Source of the DNA: Tagaea sp. | Lineage (GTDB): Bacteria > Pseudomonadota > Alphaproteobacteria > CACIAM-22H2 | Length of the DNA stretch: 64,000 nucleotides | Direction: 5' to 3' | Assembly: GCA_044378015.1 (NCBI GenBank) | Contig: JBILXZ010000001.1 | Location: 145-64,144 of the forward strand | Shown here: positions 39,068 through 48,069 of the stretch, piece by piece | Position numbering within the stretch: position 1 is the stretch's first letter | How the letters are laid out: the number at the start of each line of letters is the position of its first letter | The notes under the pieces: model-generated | Databases searched by the model: none | Told to the model about the DNA's origin: nothing | Seen by the model: only the letters and a program-made list of their open reading frames with translations | Translations under genes and position numbers: made by a program

Positions 39068-39799
39068 TCAGACTTTCCAGTCCGGATCGGGCACGGTCTG
39101 GAACACCGAACGCAAGCCTTCGGACCAGCGGCGGCGAATGTCGGAGAGATAGACGTCTTTTTCGTCGAGCCTGCGGCGCACGGCCAAGCGGCATTCGTCG
39201 CGTCGCACGATCGCGATGTCGACCGGTAGGCCGACCGACACGTTCGAGCGCAGCGTGGAATCCATCGAGATCAGCGCGCATTTTGCCGCTTCGTTGAGGG
39301 TCGTCTTGCCCATCACGACGCGGTCCAGGATCGGTTTTCCGTATTTCGTTTCGCCGATCTGGAAATAGGGCGTCTCGGCAGAAGCTTCGATGAAATTGCC
39401 GGCCGAGTAGATCTGGAACAGGCGCAAGCGGCGGCCCTTGAGCTGGCCGCCCAGAATGAGCGAGATCGAGAACTCGGTTCCCTGCTCCTTGAGCCGGGCC
39501 GCGTCGAGATCGTAGATCTCGCGCACCGCCCGGCCCGCGAGCCGGGCCGCCTCGAACATCGAGGGCACGTTGGCGAGCGTCTCGGTGCGGTCCTTGCCCA
39601 TGCCCTCGGTCAGTAGATTGACGACCGACTGGGAGATCGCGAGATTGCCCGCGGTCAGCAGCACGAGGCAGCGCTCGCCCGGATTTTCCCAGACATGCAT
39701 CTTGTTGAAGACCGCGACGTGGTCCACGCCCGCGTGCGTGCGCGAATCCGAACACAGAACGAGCCCGTCTTCGAGCAGCAATCCAACCCCGTATGTCAT
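39068..39799 (-). CDS. Anbu (ancestral beta-subunit) proteasome homolog
   Basis: MTYGVGLLLEDGLVLCSDSRTHAGVDHVAVFNKMHVWENPGERCLVLLTAGNLA: Thr2 Ntn-nucleophile arrangement and Anbu-specific block; about 243 aa. Confidence 0.8.
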   Translation of the reverse strand: MTYGVGLLLEDGLVLCSDSRTHAGVDHVAVFNKMHVWENPGERCLVLLTAGNLAISQSVVNLLTEGMGKDRTETLANVPSMFEAARLAGRAVREIYDLDAARLKEQGTEFSISLILGGQLKGRRLRLFQIYSAGNFIEASAETPYFQIGETKYGKPILDRVVMGKTTLNEAAKCALISMDSTLRSNVSVGLPVDIAIVRRDECRLAVRRRLDEKDVYLSDIRRRWSEGLRSVFQTVPDPDWKV

Positions 39800-39841
39800 T
39801 GCGGAAACTCTCCCCTGGCGCCCTCGAAAGGGCGGATGTCG

Positions 39842-40789
39842 CTAGCGCGCGAGCCCGAAATCGTCGGCGATGGCCGTGCCGATGCGGGCATTGGTCTCGA
39901 CGATTTCGGTCAGGAACTCGTGCAGACCCTGATTGAAGATGTTGTCGATCGAATCGAAGCGAAGACGGTTGTAGGTCTGGTCGGCGAGACGCGCCGACAC
40001 GTAGTCGCGTCCGAACATTTCGCGCAGCTCGTCGAGCAGGCGCGTGAGTTCGCGCAGACACGAGCGCAGCGAGCGCGGCATGTCCTCGCGCAGGATCAGC
40101 AGCTCGGCCACGCGCCGCGGCACGATCGCGTCGCGATAGAGGCGCCGGTAGGCCTGGAAGGCCGACACCGAACGCAGCAGCGCGCCCCACTGGTAGTAGT
40201 CGACCGCGCCGCCCACGTCGCGCGTGGAGGGCAGCAGCACGTGGTATTTGACGTCGAGCAGGCGGGCGGTCGCGTCCGCGCGCTCGAGGAAGGTGCCGAC
40301 GCGCACGAACCGGTAGGCCGCATCGCGCGTCATCGTGCCGTAGCCGACGCCGCGGAACAGATGGCTGCGTTCCTTGACCCAGTCGAAAAACGCGCGCAGG
40401 CCCATCGCCTCGATCTTTGGGTAGTCGAGGGCGCGCATCTCGAGCCAGGTCCCGTTCAGCGCTTCCCACATTTCGGTGGTGATCTGCGTGCGCATCGCGC
40501 GCGCGTTTTCGCGCGCCATCCACAGGGCCGACCGGATCGACGAGGGATTGTCGGCCGCAAGGGCCAGAAACTCGATGACGTTGCGCGCGTCGATTTTCTT
40601 GCCCGTCTCCTTGAAGGGCGCCTCGCAGCCCGCCACGACAAGGGCCGGCTCCCACTGCGTCTGCTGGGAATAGGCATCCGTCGCGGTCAGCGACATGCGG
40701 TAGGAGACGTCGAGCAGGCGCGCCGTGTTTTCGGCGCGCTCCATGTAGCGGGACATCCAGTAGAGCGAATCGGCGGCGCGCGACAGCAT
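39842..40789 (-). CDS. alpha-E (DUF403) domain protein
   Basis: MLSRAADSLYWMSRYMERAENTARLLDV N-terminal signature of the alpha-E family; GAGGA SD overlaps the upstream stop. Confidence 0.85.
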   Translation of the reverse strand: MLSRAADSLYWMSRYMERAENTARLLDVSYRMSLTATDAYSQQTQWEPALVVAGCEAPFKETGKKIDARNVIEFLALAADNPSSIRSALWMARENARAMRTQITTEMWEALNGTWLEMRALDYPKIEAMGLRAFFDWVKERSHLFRGVGYGTMTRDAAYRFVRVGTFLERADATARLLDVKYHVLLPSTRDVGGAVDYYQWGALLRSVSAFQAYRRLYRDAIVPRRVAELLILREDMPRSLRSCLRELTRLLDELREMFGRDYVSARLADQTYNRLRFDSIDNIFNQGLHEFLTEIVETNARIGTAIADDFGLAR

Positions 40790-40791
40790 GG

Positions 40792-42192
40792 CTAATCCTC
40801 CAGCACCCAGGTGTCTTTGGTGCCGCCGCCTTGCGAGGAATTGACGACGAGCGAACCTGCGCGCAACGCCACGCGCGTGAGGCCGCCGGGCACGAGCTTC
40901 ACGTCCTTGCCGACCAGCAGATAGGGCCTGAGATCGACGTGGCGCGGGGCCACGCCCTCGTCGACGAAAGTGGGGCATGTCGACAGCGCCAGCGTGGGCT
41001 GGGCGATGTAGTTGTCGGGATCGGCGAGGATGCGCAGGCGGAAATCCTCGATCTCGGCCTTGGTCGATTTCGGGCCCACGAGCATGCCGTAGCCGCCCGA
41101 GCCGTGCACTTCCTTCACCACCAGCTCGGCCAGGTGCTCGAGGGCGTATTTGAGGTCGTCCTTGTTGCGCAGCGTGTAGGTCGGCACGTTGGCGAGCTTG
41201 GGCTCTTCGCCCAGATAGAAGCGCACCATCTCCGGCACGTAAGGATAGACCGATTTGTCGTCGGCAACGCCCGTGCCCACCGCGTTGGCAAGGTTGACGT
41301 TGCCGCGGCGGTAGGCGTCGAACAGGCCGCGCACGCCGAGAACGCTGTCGGGATTGAAGGCGGCGGGATCGATGAAGGCGTCGTCCAGGCGCCGATAGAT
41401 CGTGTCGACGCGCTTGGGGCCCGCGACCGTGCGCATGTAGACGAAACCGTCGTCCACGAACATGTCCTGGCCTTCGACCAGCTCCACGCCCATCTGCTCG
41501 GCGAGGAAAACGTGCTCGAAATAGGCCGAATTGTAGGCCCCCGGCGTCATCACGACGACCGTGGGCTCGTCCTTGTTGAGGCAGTTTTCCGGCGGCAGCG
41601 AGCGCAGCGACTTGAGGAGTTCGTCGGGATAGTGGCCCACGGGACGCACGCGGTTGGCGCTGAACAGCTCGGGAAAAAGCCGCATCATGGCTTCGCGGTT
41701 CTCGAGCATGTAGGACACGCCCGACGGCGTGCGCGCGTTGTCTTCGAGCACGTAGAACTGGTTCTCGGACACGCGCACCACGTCGATGCCCGCGATGTGC
41801 GTGTAGACGTTGCCCGGCAGCGCCACGCCGATCATCTCGGGCCGGTACTGCGAATTGGCGACGACCAGCTCCCGCGGGATCTTGCCCGCGCGCACGATGT
41901 TCATGCCGTGATAGACGTCGTAGAGAAAAGCGTTGAGCGCGCGAACGCGCTGGACGAGCCCTTCGGACAGGGCGTGCCATTCGGCGCCCGTAATCACGCG
42001 CGGGATGAGATCGAACGGAATAAGCCGCTCGGGATCGCCGCCCTCGCCGTAGACGGCGAAGGTAATGCCGAGGCGGCGGAAAAGCAGATCGGCCTCGCGG
42101 CGCTTGGCGTCCGTCTGGCTTGCGGGCATGCGCTCGAGCCATTCCGCCAATTCGGCGTAGGCCGCGCGAACCGCACCGTCCGCCGCGCTCAT
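40792..42192 (-). CDS. circularly permuted ATP-grasp type 2 (DUF404/DUF407) amidoligase
   Basis: Conserved CP-ATP-grasp blocks (NAFLYDVYHG, ARTPSGVSYMLENR, VKEVHGSGGYGMLVGP); start placed at internal ATG 42192, because the track ORF begins with TTG at 42324. Confidence 0.85.
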   Translation of the reverse strand: MSAADGAVRAAYAELAEWLERMPASQTDAKRREADLLFRRLGITFAVYGEGGDPERLIPFDLIPRVITGAEWHALSEGLVQRVRALNAFLYDVYHGMNIVRAGKIPRELVVANSQYRPEMIGVALPGNVYTHIAGIDVVRVSENQFYVLEDNARTPSGVSYMLENREAMMRLFPELFSANRVRPVGHYPDELLKSLRSLPPENCLNKDEPTVVVMTPGAYNSAYFEHVFLAEQMGVELVEGQDMFVDDGFVYMRTVAGPKRVDTIYRRLDDAFIDPAAFNPDSVLGVRGLFDAYRRGNVNLANAVGTGVADDKSVYPYVPEMVRFYLGEEPKLANVPTYTLRNKDDLKYALEHLAELVVKEVHGSGGYGMLVGPKSTKAEIEDFRLRILADPDNYIAQPTLALSTCPTFVDEGVAPRHVDLRPYLLVGKDVKLVPGGLTRVALRAGSLVVNSSQGGGTKDTWVLED

Positions 42193-42425
42193 CTCGTCGA
42201 AAGCGGCCCCTGCCGAGGACTGCGTCTGCCTCACCCCATCCTCCTTGGCTTGCCCACCCGCAACAAGCGCGGCCGGTCGCTTCCCGTCGCCTTGGCATGC
42301 AACGCCCGGACCAGACTCTGGCAATTCGTACAGGGCTTTGCAACCAATCGAATCGCGGGCAATGGAATCGCCGAAAGGGATGAGCTAGGGTCCCGGCTTC
42401 GCGATTTGCCACAAAAGAGGTCGTT

Positions 42426-43541
42426 TTGGATTCGTTTTCGCAGGCAGCTCTCGGGGCAGCAGTCGGCTACGCCGTCGCCGGGCGGCGTTTGGGCCGCCGC
42501 GCCATCGCCTTCGGGGCGCTTGCAGGCACCGTTCCCGATCTCGACAATGTCGCCTTGCTGCTGACCGACGGCTGGGCCGAGTGGCGACATCACCGCGGCC
42601 TCACGCACGGGCTTTTCTTCGCGCCCGTGATGGGGCCGCTGCTGGGCTGGATCGCATGGCGCATGCACAACCGCACCCGGCCCTTCGAACCGGCGGGCAG
42701 CCACGATGCCGCCCCTGCCTGGATGGCGCTGTTTTTCTTCGGGCTCATAACCCACCCGCTGCTCGATTTTTTCACGATCTACGGAACCCAGCTTTTGGCG
42801 CCGTTCGACGCGACCCGTTTTGCGGCACCCGGGCTCGGCATCATCGATCCCGGCTACACGCTTCCGTTGCTGGCGGCATTGATCGTGGCCCTTTGGCGGC
42901 CGCGCGCGGGCCTCTCGTTCCTCGCCGTCTTCGCCGCTCTTTTTGCGACGAGCGTCTATCTGTTCTACGGCCTGTCGAACAACGCCAAGGTCGAGGCGCG
43001 CGCGCGCGCGCAGCTTGCCGCCGAAGCGGTCGAACCGGCCGACGTGCGCGTCTACACGACGATCTTCCAGCCGTGGCTGCGCCGCATCGTCGTCGACGAG
43101 CCCGAAGGTGCGCGCGTCGGGTTCGCCACGGCGGACCAGAAAGACGCGATCGCGTGGCTGTGCTTCGCACGCCCCCGCCATCCGGCGATCCAGGCCGCTT
43201 TGGCCACGCCCGAGGGCAAGCTGTTCGCCTGGTTTGCGATGGGCGAAGTGTGGCCGAGCCTTGCTGCGGCCGACGACGGCTCGACCGTGGTGCGGCTCAC
43301 CGACCGTCGCTACGGCGTGCCGGGGACGACCGCCCAAGGCTGGTGGGGCATCGAGATGCGCATCGCCGCCGACGGCAGCGTGGCCGAAGCGCCGCGCCGC
43401 ATCGATCTGCCGCGCGGCGCCGACGGCGACGCGATCGGCCAGCTTTTCGCGGCGGCGCGCGGGCAGGCGACCGCGCTTTTTGCGCACGCCGCAAGCGCGC
43501 AGGACGCAGCCGAGAAGTGCCGCGCGTCGCGCGCCGGCTAG
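42426..43541 (+). CDS. membrane-bound metal-dependent hydrolase (YdjM/DUF457-like) with a C-terminal extension
   Basis: N-terminal MDSFSQAALGAAVGYAV...PDLD...HRGLTHGL pattern of DUF457; 371 aa, longer than E. coli YdjM. Confidence 0.55.
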   Translation: MDSFSQAALGAAVGYAVAGRRLGRRAIAFGALAGTVPDLDNVALLLTDGWAEWRHHRGLTHGLFFAPVMGPLLGWIAWRMHNRTRPFEPAGSHDAAPAWMALFFFGLITHPLLDFFTIYGTQLLAPFDATRFAAPGLGIIDPGYTLPLLAALIVALWRPRAGLSFLAVFAALFATSVYLFYGLSNNAKVEARARAQLAAEAVEPADVRVYTTIFQPWLRRIVVDEPEGARVGFATADQKDAIAWLCFARPRHPAIQAALATPEGKLFAWFAMGEVWPSLAAADDGSTVVRLTDRRYGVPGTTAQGWWGIEMRIAADGSVAEAPRRIDLPRGADGDAIGQLFAAARGQATALFAHAASAQDAAEKCRASRAG

Positions 43542-43837
43542 ACGTATTTGTCGCCGCGCAGCACCGACACGTCGCCGAGCCACGCGATGGTGGCAAAGCG
43601 CGGGAAATAATGTTCGGCAAGCCGGGCCATGATTTTCTCGGCCACGGATTCGCTGACGACCGCATCGATGCGCAAATTCAGTTCGCCCACCCGTCCCATG
43701 CGCTTGCCGCGCGAACCCTGGCCGTGCGCTTCGACTATCGTGTAGCCGGAGGCGCCCAGCCGCATCATGTCTTCGGCGATCTTGGGGGCCACGACCTCTT
43801 CGGCGACGACCGTGATGAGTTTCAGCGCCACAGTCAT
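43538..43837 (-). CDS. sbtB: P-II-like signalling protein SbtB
   Basis: 99-aa GlnB-fold protein (KLITVVAEEVVAPKIAEDMMRLGASGYTIVEAHGQG) 1 nt downstream of sbtA. Confidence 0.7.
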   Translation of the reverse strand: MTVALKLITVVAEEVVAPKIAEDMMRLGASGYTIVEAHGQGSRGKRMGRVGELNLRIDAVVSESVAEKIMARLAEHYFPRFATIAWLGDVSVLRGDKYV

Positions 43838-43838
43838 G

Positions 43839-44807
43839 TCACGACCCTTTCAGCATCTGCGCGAAAGCGAAAAAGAGCGGCAGCCCAACCACCAGATTGA
43901 ACGGAAAAGTGATCGCAAGCGACGCGGTCAGATAAAAGCCCGGATTGGCCTCGGGCAGCGCTATGCGCACGGCGGCCGGCGCTGCGATGTAGGAGGCGCT
44001 TGCCGCCAGCACGCCGAGGATCGTCGCCCCGCCGACCGACAAGCCGATCTCGTGGCCCACGAATACGCCGAGAATGCCGTGCAGAACCGGCATCGCGATC
44101 GCAAACGCGATGAGGAACGGACCGACCTGTTTGAAGTCGCCCAAGCGCCGTGCCGCGACAAGGCCCATATCGAGCAGGAACAGGCACAAAGCGCCCTGGA
44201 AAGGATCGGCGAAAAAGGGCGCGACCGATTTGTAGCCCGTGGGACCGGCCAGAAAGCCGATCGCAAGCCCGCCGACCAGCAGCACGACGCTCTTGCCCGC
44301 CAGCACTTCGGGCAGTGCTGCCCGCCAATCGCCGTCCGACGCCCCTTTGAGCTTGGCGAGCAGCAAGGCCACGACGATGGCCGGCACTTCCATGACCGCC
44401 AGCACGGCCGGCATGAAACCTTCGGCCGGCAGCCCCGCCGACTGGAGATAGGCCGTGGCGGCGATGAACGTGACGGCCGAGACCGAACCGTAATGCGCCG
44501 CGATCGCCGCCGCGTTCGACGCGTCGAACTTGCCGAACCGCGTGAGGATATGGAACGACCAGAGCGGGATCGCCGTGCCGAGCCCGAAGCCCGCGAGCAA
44601 TGCCAGTATCACCGTGCCGAACGGCGCCACCGACAACGCGACCCCGCCTTTGAGGCCGATCGCGAACAGAAGATAGATCGACAGCGCCGCGTAGATTTGG
44701 TCCGGAAACTTGAGGTCGCTGCGCACCAGATGGGCGACCGCCCCCAGCACGAAGGACAGCACCATCGGCGACAGCAGGTTGAGGCGAACCAGTTCGAGCG
44801 TCGTCAT
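43839..44807 (-). CDS. sbtA: sodium-dependent bicarbonate transporter SbtA-family permease (DUF897)
   Basis: 322 aa, 10-TM inverted-repeat layout with blocks LSIYLLFAIGLKGG / LFLLDMGLVAARRL typical of SbtA; paired with sbtB. Confidence 0.8.
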   Translation of the reverse strand: MTTLELVRLNLLSPMVLSFVLGAVAHLVRSDLKFPDQIYAALSIYLLFAIGLKGGVALSVAPFGTVILALLAGFGLGTAIPLWSFHILTRFGKFDASNAAAIAAHYGSVSAVTFIAATAYLQSAGLPAEGFMPAVLAVMEVPAIVVALLLAKLKGASDGDWRAALPEVLAGKSVVLLVGGLAIGFLAGPTGYKSVAPFFADPFQGALCLFLLDMGLVAARRLGDFKQVGPFLIAFAIAMPVLHGILGVFVGHEIGLSVGGATILGVLAASASYIAAPAAVRIALPEANPGFYLTASLAITFPFNLVVGLPLFFAFAQMLKGS

Positions 44808-44918
44808 CGGGCACCAATCGGAAAGCGCGAAATTACAGCAACGATACGCGGTATTTGCGGACAAGCTGGGCGCGATAATGGCTTGGCTTTCGGCATTCGG
44901 ATAGCCATATTCGCACGC

Positions 44919-46322
44919 ATGAAAATCATATTCGCTGCCATCGCGTTTGCCTTTGCCGCCTTCCCCGCCTTTGCCGCCGCAGCAGATGCGCCCAAACTGG
45001 CCGGCGATCTTATGGGTCTTGCCTGGGTCTTGCCGTTCGTCGCGATCCTGCTTGGCATTGCATTGGGACCGCTGCTGGCGGCGCATTTGTGGCACGCGCA
45101 TTACGGCAAATTCGCGGTTGCCTGCGCAGCCGCGTTTTTGGCGCCGTGCGCCGCGATATTCGGCGCCGACGTGGCACTCTACGAGTTTCTGCACACGATG
45201 CTGCTCGAATACATTCCGTTCATCGTGATGCTGTTTTCGCTTTACGTCGTGGCCTGCGGCGTGCGGTTGCGCGGCGATCTTGTCGGAACGCCGGCGCTCA
45301 ATACGGGCATGCTGGCCTTCGGCACCCTGATCGCGAGCGTGATGGGAACAACCGGTGCATGCATGCTGCTGATCCAGCCGATGCTTCGCGCGAACGCGTG
45401 GCGAAAAAAGAACGTGCATGTTTTCGTGTTCTTCATCTTCCTGGTCGGCAATGTCGGCGGCAGCCTGACCCCGCTGGGCGATCCGCCGCTTTTCATCGGC
45501 TTTCTGGAGGGTGTTGATTTCTTCTGGACGACGAAGGCGATGCTGGTCCCCATGCTGCTCGTCGCAGTGCCGCTGCTGGTCGCGTTCTACGCGCTCGACA
45601 GCTATCTCTTTCGCAGCGAAGGGGCCCCACCCGGTCCGAGCGGCGAAACCTTCGCGGTCGAAGGCAAAATCAATCTGCTTCTGCTGGCGGGCATCGTGGC
45701 GGCCGTGCTGCTGTCGGGCGTGTGGCGCCCGAATATGCCCGTCGAGTTCTACTACACGCCCGTCGCCCTCGAAAGCATCGTGCGCTCGGTTCTGCTGCTG
45801 GCCCTCGCCTGGGCCTCGCTCGCATTGACAGACAACGACAGCCGCATGGCGAACGGATTCAGCTGGGAGCCGATCGCGGAAGTCGCGAAGCTCTTCGTTG
45901 GCATTTTCGTGACGATCGTGCCCGTGCTTGCGATCATCCGCTCAGGCCAGGAGGGGGCGCTCGGCGGCCTGATCGCGCTGCTCAACAGCGACGGCCGACC
46001 CGACAACCTGATGTATTTCTGGATCACCGGAATCCTGTCGGGTTTCCTCGACAACGCCCCCACATATCTGCTGTTCTTCAATCTGGCGGGCGGCGATCCC
46101 GAAACATTGATGGGACCGCTCGCAACCACGTTGCTGGCGATCTCGTGCGGCTCGGTTTTCATGGGCGCGCTCACCTATATCGGCAACGCGCCCAATTTCA
46201 TGGTCAAGGCGGTGGCCGAAAAAGCCGGCATCAGGATGCCCAGTTTCTTCGGCTATATGCTGTGGTCGGCCGCGTTCCTGCTGCCGCTTTTTGCGCTCGT
46301 CACGCTGGTGTATTTTCGCTAG
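44919..46322 (+). CDS. NhaD/ArsB-superfamily ion transporter (putative Na+/H+ antiporter), paralog 1
   Basis: 467 aa; hydrophobic N-terminus MKIIFAAIAFAFAAFPAFA; 10-12 TM; GDPPLF motif; highly similar to the next gene. Confidence 0.65.
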   Translation: MKIIFAAIAFAFAAFPAFAAAADAPKLAGDLMGLAWVLPFVAILLGIALGPLLAAHLWHAHYGKFAVACAAAFLAPCAAIFGADVALYEFLHTMLLEYIPFIVMLFSLYVVACGVRLRGDLVGTPALNTGMLAFGTLIASVMGTTGACMLLIQPMLRANAWRKKNVHVFVFFIFLVGNVGGSLTPLGDPPLFIGFLEGVDFFWTTKAMLVPMLLVAVPLLVAFYALDSYLFRSEGAPPGPSGETFAVEGKINLLLLAGIVAAVLLSGVWRPNMPVEFYYTPVALESIVRSVLLLALAWASLALTDNDSRMANGFSWEPIAEVAKLFVGIFVTIVPVLAIIRSGQEGALGGLIALLNSDGRPDNLMYFWITGILSGFLDNAPTYLLFFNLAGGDPETLMGPLATTLLAISCGSVFMGALTYIGNAPNFMVKAVAEKAGIRMPSFFGYMLWSAAFLLPLFALVTLVYFR

Positions 46323-46352
46323 CTTCGCAAAAAACACTGCGGAGCCGGGCCC

Positions 46353-47759
46353 ATGCGCGTTGCTGGATTGGTCGTTTCGTTCCTTCTGATTGCCACCCCC
46401 GCTTTCGCCGCCGAGGGCCTCGACGGCTCGAAGCTCGGCATCGTCTGGGCCGTTCCGTTCGTTGGCATCCTCTTGTCGATCGCGATCCTGCCGCTCGCCG
46501 CGCCGAAGCTTTGGCACCACCATTATGGCAAGATCGCGCTCGGCTGGGCGCTCGCGTTTTTGCTGCCCTTCGCCGCGATCGCCGACCTCGGCACGGTCGT
46601 GGAGACGACCGCGCACGTGCTGCTGGGCGAGTACATTCCGTTCATCATCCTGATCGGCGCGCTGTTCACGGTCGCGGGCGGTGTGCTGTTGCGCGGCAAC
46701 ATCCACGGCAGTGCGGGCATGAACACGGGCCTGCTGGCCATCGGCACCGGCATCGCGAGCTTCACCGGCACCACGGGTGCCGCCATGCTGATGATCCGGC
46801 CGATGCTGCGCGCCAACGACAACCGGCGCCACAACGCGCATGTGTTCGTGTTTTTCATCTTCCTCGTCGCCAATGTCGGCGGCAGCCTCACCCCGCTCGG
46901 CGATCCGCCGCTGTTCCTGGGCTTCCTCAAGGGTGTCGATTTCTTCTGGCCCACGGTGCATCTGTTCTTGCCGATGCTGACGGTAACCGCGCTGCTGCTC
47001 GCCGCGTTCTATGTCGTCGACAGCTACTACTATCGTTTCGACACGCATCTCCCGCCCAAGCCCGATCCAACGCCGGACACGCGCCTGCGCCTGGAAGGCC
47101 GCCTCAATCTGCTGCTGTTGGGCGGCGTGGTCGGCGCCGTGCTGCTGTCGGGCGCTTGGAAATCGGGCGTCGAATTCAAGGTTTTGGGCGTGGCCTTGTC
47201 GCTCGAAGGGCTGGTGCGCGACGCGGCTCTGCTGGGCCTGGCGGCCGTGTCGGTCGCGGCCACCTCGAAGCAGGTGCGCGACGACAACGGATTCAGCTGG
47301 GGCCCGATCCTCGAAGTCGCCAAGCTGTTCTTCGGCATTTTCGTGACGATCGTGCCGGTCATCGCGATGCTGCGCGCGGGCACCGACGGCGCTTTCGCGG
47401 GCCTCGTCCATCTCGTCACGCGGCCCGACGGCACGCCCAACGTCGCGATGTATTTCTGGATGACCGGGCTCCTGTCGAGCTTCCTCGACAATGCGCCCAC
47501 CTATCTCGTGTTCTTCAATCTGGCGGGCGGGGACCCGGCGACGCTGATGGGCCCGCTCGCGGCCACGCTTGCGGCGATCTCGGCCGGTGCGGTGTTCATG
47601 GGTGCCAACTCGTATATCGGCAACGCCCCCAACTTCATGGTCAAGGCCGTCGCCGAAGAGGCGGGCGTGCGCATGCCGAGTTTCTTCGGCTACATGGGCT
47701 GGGCGTTCGTGTTCCTGATCCCGTGCTTCGCGCTGACGACCTGGCTGTTCTTCATCTGA
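46353..47759 (+). CDS. NhaD/ArsB-superfamily ion transporter, paralog 2 (tandem duplicate)
   Basis: 468 aa; colinear with the upstream paralog through LEYIPFI...GTTGA...LRAN...HVFVFFIFLV.NVGGSLTPLGDPPLF...DNAPTYL...GNAPNFMVKAVAE. Confidence 0.65.
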   Translation: MRVAGLVVSFLLIATPAFAAEGLDGSKLGIVWAVPFVGILLSIAILPLAAPKLWHHHYGKIALGWALAFLLPFAAIADLGTVVETTAHVLLGEYIPFIILIGALFTVAGGVLLRGNIHGSAGMNTGLLAIGTGIASFTGTTGAAMLMIRPMLRANDNRRHNAHVFVFFIFLVANVGGSLTPLGDPPLFLGFLKGVDFFWPTVHLFLPMLTVTALLLAAFYVVDSYYYRFDTHLPPKPDPTPDTRLRLEGRLNLLLLGGVVGAVLLSGAWKSGVEFKVLGVALSLEGLVRDAALLGLAAVSVAATSKQVRDDNGFSWGPILEVAKLFFGIFVTIVPVIAMLRAGTDGAFAGLVHLVTRPDGTPNVAMYFWMTGLLSSFLDNAPTYLVFFNLAGGDPATLMGPLAATLAAISAGAVFMGANSYIGNAPNFMVKAVAEEAGVRMPSFFGYMGWAFVFLIPCFALTTWLFFI

Positions 47760-48069
47760 TGCGCGCTTGCGCTGCCGCGCGCGCCACGGCCAGCAGCGCG
47801 TCGCGGTCGTCGGCGGCGGCACTCTTGCAGCGCCGCTCGGTGCGGCAAACCTCGCAGATATGCGTGAGGGTCCAGCCGCCGCGCGCCGGTTCGACCGCAA
47901 CCGGCCGCATCGCCCCGCCGCATTCGTCCGCCCGGTCGCCCGGATTGACATCGACATGGCGCGACCACAGGCATTCCGGGCAATGATTCGTATAGCCGTC
48001 GCCGGCGACTTGCGTGCCGCAATGGCCGCACACAAAATCCTCCATGCGGCGCTGGAAGCGTTTGCTCAT
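47752..48069 (-). CDS. RNHCP-domain zinc-ribbon protein
   Basis: FVCGHCGTQV...YTNHCPECLWSRHVD...CEVC matches the RNHCP signature; ATG overlaps the chrA stop (ATGA). Confidence 0.7.
   Translation of the reverse strand: MSKRFQRRMEDFVCGHCGTQVAGDGYTNHCPECLWSRHVDVNPGDRADECGGAMRPVAVEPARGGWTLTHICEVCRTERRCKSAAADDRDALLAVARAAAQARIR

Noticed and set aside
42193-42324. Longer N-terminus for the CP-ATP-grasp protein
   Set aside because: Track ORF begins with a TTG alternative start; the internal ATG at 42192 gives a protein of the family-typical length (about 466 aa)
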